From NCBI RefSeq assembly GCF_000281045.1, contig NW_008246130.1, positions 174,035 through 238,034 on the forward strand: a stretch of 64,000 nt of DNA. The letters run 5' to 3'. Shown in pieces: positions 58,624 to 64,000 of the stretch. The stretch is from Saprolegnia diclina VS20. Lineage: Eukaryota. The translations under genes and the position numbers were made by a program. Within the stretch, counting starts at the first letter, position 1. Each line of letters opens with the position of its first letter. The notes beneath the pieces were generated by a model. It ran no database searches. It was not told where the DNA came from and saw only the letters and a program-made list of their open reading frames with translations.

Positions 58624-60430
58624 ATGAACCAGTACGTCGAGGAGCGCTGCATCGGCCGCGGAAGCTACGGCTGCGCGTACTTGGTCACGGAGGCGAGCTC
58701 CGGCGACAAGTATGTCGTCAAGAAGATCCCGGTCGAGCTCATGACGGACAAGGAGAAGCAGCAAGCGTTCGCCGAGGTCGACCTCCTCGCGCAGCTAGAC
58801 TCGCCGTTCGTCGTGCAGTACAGAGAGAGCTTTGTCGAGGGCAGCGTGCTGCACATTGTCATGGGCTACTGCGATGGCGGCGACCTCGCTGGCTGCATCA
58901 AGGCGCAGCCGGAATGCGGCGGCTACTTTGACCTCTCGCGCATCCTCGACTGGTTCGTGCAGATGGCCTGTGCGATCAAGTATCTGCACCAGCGCCGAAT
59001 ACTGCACCGCGACCTCAAGACGAGCAATATTTTTCTCACGCGAAAGGACATTGTCAAGCTCGGCGACTTTGGCATTGCGCGCACGCTCAACTCGACAATG
59101 GACCAAGCCAAGACCGTCGTCGGGACCCCGTACTACATGAGCCCCGAGGTGTGCGAGTCCAAGCCTTACTCGTACGCAAGCGACATTTGGGCGCTCGGCT
59201 GCGTTCTCTACGAGATATGCACGCTCAAGCACGCCTTCGATGCCCCCAACATTCTCATGCTCATCGTCAAGATCATTCAGCACGATGTACGCACCATCGT
59301 CTCTTGGCAGATCGAGGATGTTGATTGATGTAGTTTGCACCACTGCCAGGGTGCTACCCGCCCGAAATGACCGAGCTTCTAAAGGCGCTTTTGGACAAGA
59401 ACCCTGACCGCCGGCCGACGATCGATGATATTTTGCGCACGCCATTGATCGTGCAGCACATGCAGCGTGCGTTCACCCACTCGTTGCTTTCGTGAATTCT
59501 CATAGCTAGCGTAGAGCTCCACGCCAAGGGCGGACACCTCAGCGAGCATTTTGTACGCGAAGCCAAGATCGCACCGCTGGTGCCACCACCGTCAGTTGTC
59601 GAAATCTTCGAGTACTCGTACGACGACGACGACGACAGCAGTCGGTGGCAGGTGACAACTCCCACCCAAGCGGTAGTGCCAGCGACGATGGGATGGGTCC
59701 AAGCCGACGGAGACGAGGTTGAAGAGCGCATCGAGACGGAGGAGCTGCTCAAACCCAACTACGCGACCGAGTACACGCAAGAGTGCATGGCGAGCAAGCA
59801 CATCAACTATGGTTGGTGATGACATGTTTACATAAGCATAACGTTACGCCCTTAGGACGCAAGGTGGTCCGGCGAAAGGCGTTGACGATCGACCAAAAAG
59901 TGAACCTCAAGTCGATCCATTACATGAGCAAGCTCCATCTCGATGCGGAGCTCGCGCTCGGCGTCTCAGACGACGACGATGAGGCTGCGGTGGCACCCGT
60001 GGGGCTCAAGCGAGGCAAATCTGCCACAGCTGCTGTTGAGCCAGATGACAACGTCTCGTACAGCGGAAGCTCCAACTACGACTCGGGCGACGACGACGAC
60101 CACTACACAAGCATGAGTGAGTACGAGGCCGAGGAAAACTTTTACAGCGACGACTCGGACTTTGACGACGACGGACCGCCGCGCGCCGAGCTCCTCGCGT
60201 ACAGCGAGGACTTTGAAGACACGGAGGCCGAGGTCATCGAGTACGCCCAGGATGAAGATGACGACGACGCGTCCGTCTCGAGTGACTCTGAGGACATTGT
60301 TGTCCTGCCCCACGACCCAAAGCAGCTGCTCCTTGAAAGCTACATGGGGGAAGAGGTCGAAATCGTCCGACGACCAAGTGGTCGACGCGCCTCAAAAGAA
60401 AACCTCCGCGACGCCGTGTGTGCGACGTAA
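58624..60430 (+). CDS. NIMA-related (NEK) Ser/Thr kinase with acidic C-terminal tail, multi-exon
   Basis: IGRGSYG; YVVKKI; YCDGGDL; ILHRDLKTSNIFL; KLGDFGIAR; VGTPYYMSPE; SDIWALGC. Confidence 0.92.
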
Positions 60431-60832
60431 CTTGACGCGAAAAGACTTGAACCTTCGCAACAAGATTGTGTATTTCATTTCGTTGTACATGGGTCTCGAC
60501 CGTTGGGGCCCTCTTGGCAACTGCTGTGCCGGTAGCGTAGGTATATCAACAGCTTGGGAGCTTCGTCGTGTTCAAGCGCAATTTTCTGCCGATGTGATCG
60601 AGTGCTTTCAAGAGCCCCCATTTTGTAGCCGGTCGGCTGAGTCCCTTAGGTATATCGTCCCTTACGTCAAGGAGTTTGTCGCGTCACCTCACCAAATCCG
60701 AGGCGCCTAAGTCGTTGCCATGATCGACCAACGACTTGATCGAACGAGAGTGAGAGACTGCCACGTCACAGTGCCTCAGCGTCCGGATAGCTTGCACGTC
60801 CGGATATTTTATTTGGACGACTGCGACGAACG

Positions 60833-61119
60833 ATGGTGAGGGGCAGCGTGGTGCACGACGGCGATGGCTCATGTCGACGTAGACGGCGCTCTTTAACTTC
60901 ACGGGTATGCTCACGATGGTGCTGCTCTTCATTTGCACATGCACCTACATCCGCATGAAGTTCCCGACGCTCTTCGACCGAGGCCAGCTGCCGGGGAAGC
61001 ACGAGGGCCTCACGGGGCTCTGCTGGAAAGCCTCGCGCATCGGCGAGCGCAAGAGCGAGTGGGTCGCCGGCATGCTTCTGGCCATGGCCGTCCACCGCCT
61101 TTTCGTCGCGCCCGCATAA
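60833..61119 (+). CDS. TMEM167: Protein kish (TMEM167); first exon encodes only ATG
   Basis: ATG at 60833-60835, then intron gtgag...cgtag (60836-60882). Spliced product M-TALFNFTGMLTMVLLFICTCTYIR...WKASRIGERKS matches the kish signature. Confidence 0.9.
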
Positions 61120-61248
61120 GCCTTCTAGCCTTCGGTCGCCCCTCATTTGCACCAGGCGACGACCATGCAATCAGTCATTGATGCGCAGGAAGACAATAAC
61201 AATGCATGTTGGTGTAGTTGTATACTTGCGTCCTGTGCACAGCGACGA

Positions 61249-63297
61249 CTACGTACCCTCGGAGAGCACGAGGTGTGCCTGCTTGGTTTGTTTTTGCCGA
61301 CGGTCGAGCGACTGCATCTTAGCACTGACGTTGGTCTTCTGCTGAGCAAGCTCCTCCTTGAGCTGCTTGAGCCGCTTCTCTTGCTTCTTCTTTCCGGGCG
61401 CGTGGCCGTGGAAACGGTACGAAAGCTGTCGGAAGGCTTCCTTCTTTGTCAAGAGCCGGCCAAATTCGTCCCGGTAGTCTAGCTTGACGCCGTCCTTGAT
61501 TTGGAGCTCGTCGTTGAAGCTGCGGTCGCGGTGGTCGTTCGCACGGCCTGCTTGGCGCAATTGCACATCTTCGCGAAGGTCCCCGCGGTTCCGAAGCAGC
61601 GCGAGTGTTGCAGCCATGCCCGTTTGCACCAAGGGCTCCTCAACACCCCACGTCGCTTCGTCATCGTCATCCTCGTCGTCGTCGGCATCTTGCTGCGCCT
61701 CGTTGGCAGGAGCATCCGTCTTTGTCTCTTCTTCGTCCTCGTCCAACGCCGGTGCCGCAACCTTGTCGGCCGTCGCGACGCGGGCGTCCATGGCATTCTT
61801 GACGCGCACGTCAAAGTCCGTCGCCTCGCTAAAGACGATCGTGTTGGCTGTCGGCGCGTCGCGGTGGATGTTGTGCGACGCGGCGCTGTCAGCTGCCACT
61901 TGCGACAAGATACGCGCTTCGTTGGACTCGATTACCGAGCTCTTGGCCTGCAGTGCGGCTTGGCGGGCGCGGGCAAGCGACGCACTGAGCTCTTCATCAA
62001 TGTCCTCCACAGCGGCAGCTTTGGCCTTCTCGGCCTCGCGGCGGCGGGCGTTCTCAAACTTCGCGCGGTTCTGCGCCTCGAGGGTCGCGACTGCGCTCGC
62101 TGCATCCGCCCGGCGCTTGCCGTGGTCGCCCGTAGAGGCACTAGCCTCGGCTTCGAGCTGCTCGACGAGGTCCTTGGTTGCACTCTCAGCTTCGTCCTCG
62201 TCATCGTTCTCGCGCCGGCGCGACTTGCCGCCCTTCTTTTTCCGAAGCTTCTTGGTCTTCTTCTTGTTGAAGACTGCCATCTCGTCGGGTGTGTAGTAGT
62301 CGTCCATGGCCTGGAACTGCTTGATGGAGCCCAGGGTGGCGGTGCTTGCTGATGCCGCCGACGCTGACACGGACGGAGTCTCGACGACATGACCCCCGAG
62401 GGCACTCAGCGCAAACTTCTTTCGCGCACGTGCTTCCTTCATATCGTCCTCTTCGTCGTATTGCATGAGCAAGCGCTTCTTGGGCCGGTCACCGAGCACC
62501 GTCGAGAACTCATCATCGTCAAAGCCCGAGTAGACGGGCCCGGCTGCGCGCTTCGCCATGTCTTCGCGCTCTTTACGCTTGTCGGCCTCGGTCAGCGTCA
62601 CGTTTTCGAGCTCGTCGTCAGCGTCGTTTACGTTGCCCATGTCATCCGTAAGGATACGGTTGTCCTTCAACGTCAAAATGACGTCTTCGCCTTCTTCGAA
62701 CGACTGCGCGTCGTGAGCGACCGTGAGACCTTGAAGGTCCATTGCGCTATAGGTTGAAGAGGCAGGCGCGGGGGCTTTCGTGCCTGGAAGAGATGCAGGC
62801 GCCGTTGTCCGACTGCGACGGACCCAATCGAGGGTTGACGTTGCATCTTCGGCGAGCGTCTCACCGAGGGACTTGCCTTGCATCTTGGCGGTATACTCGC
62901 GCTTTCGCTTGGACTTTTCCAGTGTTTCCTTGAGCTGCTTCTGGTGCGCCTCGGCTGCGAGGTCTTCACGCGACTTGGCCAGGTTGACCTCCTTGGACTC
63001 GGGCTTGGTGAGACGGAGAGGCTTGAGTCCCATCGAGATACGAAGCTTGTTCGTCTCTTCGACACTCATGCTGATTTCGCCGTTGCTCTCTGTGACCTTG
63101 GGCTTCGAGTCCTCCGGCGCCTTGTTCGGCGACTCCTTGACCTCCTCGACAGAGCTCCATCGATGCCGGCGCTCAGGCGTGCGATCCTTCTCATTGTCAC
63201 GGTGACGGTCGCGTCCATCACGGTGGCGGTTGCTGCGACCGCGGCTCCGACTGCGGCTCCGACTGCGGTGGCGAGCAGGACTGCGGCTTCGTCCCAT
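61249..63297 (-). CDS. SART1: U4/U6.U5 tri-snRNP protein SART1/Snu66
   Basis: RS-rich N-terminus; HIND motif SMSVEETNKLRISMGLKPL; ILTLKD; Y.DEFGRLLT.KEAFRQLSYRFHG..PGKKKQEKRL. Confidence 0.95.
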   Translation of the reverse strand: MGRSRSPARHRSRSRSRSRGRSNRHRDGRDRHRDNEKDRTPERRHRWSSVEEVKESPNKAPEDSKPKVTESNGEISMSVEETNKLRISMGLKPLRLTKPESKEVNLAKSREDLAAEAHQKQLKETLEKSKRKREYTAKMQGKSLGETLAEDATSTLDWVRRSRTTAPASLPGTKAPAPASSTYSAMDLQGLTVAHDAQSFEEGEDVILTLKDNRILTDDMGNVNDADDELENVTLTEADKRKEREDMAKRAAGPVYSGFDDDEFSTVLGDRPKKRLLMQYDEEDDMKEARARKKFALSALGGHVVETPSVSASAASASTATLGSIKQFQAMDDYYTPDEMAVFNKKKTKKLRKKKGGKSRRRENDDEDEAESATKDLVEQLEAEASASTGDHGKRRADAASAVATLEAQNRAKFENARRREAEKAKAAAVEDIDEELSASLARARQAALQAKSSVIESNEARILSQVAADSAASHNIHRDAPTANTIVFSEATDFDVRVKNAMDARVATADKVAAPALDEDEEETKTDAPANEAQQDADDDEDDDDEATWGVEEPLVQTGMAATLALLRNRGDLREDVQLRQAGRANDHRDRSFNDELQIKDGVKLDYRDEFGRLLTKKEAFRQLSYRFHGHAPGKKKQEKRLKQLKEELAQQKTNVSAKMQSLDRRQKQTKQAHLVLSEGT

Positions 63298-63764
63298 GCT
63301 TCTCCGCAGCTCTGGTGTGTGGGCTGTCCGGATAATATGTCGGCTCCCTTCAGAATTTGTTTTTTACAAGCATTAAATATAATAGAGAGCACTCGATATT
63401 CGGTTGGATTGACTCTGCCGAAGCGCCGACGCTGTCTTCTGTGTCAACAATGACTGCACGCAGTCTTGATCACTGTCAGGAGCAGGGCTCCCGCGGTATA
63501 ATCTACTCTGGGCGTGAGCTACTTGCACGAGTGGAGGCCATATTCCAATAGTTGGTCATAGCTGTTGGCCGTAAACACCCCACACTGCATCTTACCAGGA
63601 TCTCGCAAGGCACGGCCGCAGGATGGACTCCGTCCAGAGTTGTCAGTGCGGCAAATATCGTCAGGCTGAGACAATCCAATTAGATTCGTCGACAAAAGAT
63701 GACATCAGATTGCGTATATTGGTGCCAGTCGGCGAATCTAGAAAACTCGAGACTAGATGAATAT

Positions 63765-64000
63765 TTACTTCTTGGCAACACCGCCGGTCGTGCCCATGCC
63801 GAGCGCCGACTTGAACGAGTCGTAGATCCACCACTGGAGACCCGTGAGCGTACCGATCATGATGATACGCGTGCCGAGGCCCTTCGTGGCGAGGTTGGCG
63901 AAGCCGGTCTCCGAGGCAATCTGGCCGAGGCCCTTGCCCTTGTTCTCGGCCTTGCCCATAAGCGAGACGAGAGAGTCGGCGGGGTGCGAGACAATGGCGC
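63765..64000 (-). CDS. Mitochondrial phosphate carrier, C-terminal part (continues beyond the window)
   Basis: AIVSHPADSLVS...GLGTRIIMIGTLTGLQWWIYDSFK signature of the PiC/MIR1 family. Confidence 0.92.
   Translation of the reverse strand, partial: AIVSHPADSLVSLMGKAENKGKGLGQIASETGFANLATKGLGTRIIMIGTLTGLQWWIYDSFKSALGMGTTGGVAKK

Noticed and set aside
63232..63290. Short 12-bp tandem repeat (gcggctccgact)
   Set aside because: It simply encodes the RS dipeptides of SART1.

Overview
Gene-dense eukaryotic DNA with GC-rich coding sequence, many short (~40-60 nt) GT-AG introns and short intergenic spacers. Gene content, intron style and oomycete-type families (secreted PLD-like protein, Inr/FPR promoter elements) point to an oomycete, probably Saprolegniales; this is an inference. 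About 30 protein-coding genes are supported, mostly housekeeping: nicastrin, citrate synthase, TIM22, DNase II, NAE1, PRP43, MATE, XRN1, BUD31, RPS21, TIM13, prefoldin 2, calpain-7, a GT31, two COPI-associated paralogues, TCTP, VPS41, a NEK, kish, SART1 and a partial phosphate carrier. I found no rRNA, tRNA, CRISPR array or intact transposon. Main observations: (1) a palindromic element, consensus TATCCGGATA, lies about 25-80 bp upstream of the start codon of at least 13 genes, often paired; (2) a domesticated BED-finger/hAT (DREF/ZBED-like) protein that has lost its catalytic residues is a speculative candidate reader of that element; (3) a myosin-IQ-RCC1 protein with a degenerate motor, resembling the architecture of apicomplexan MyoH; (4) several proteins that have lost key residues (PLD-like without HKD, BUD31 with 4 of 9 Zn cysteines, a TMBIM paralogue lacking one sensor Asp); (5) a TSC1/hamartin-like gene and a large plant-shared Gly-rich membrane protein. 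Exon boundaries were read by eye, so multi-exon coordinates give the overall span only.
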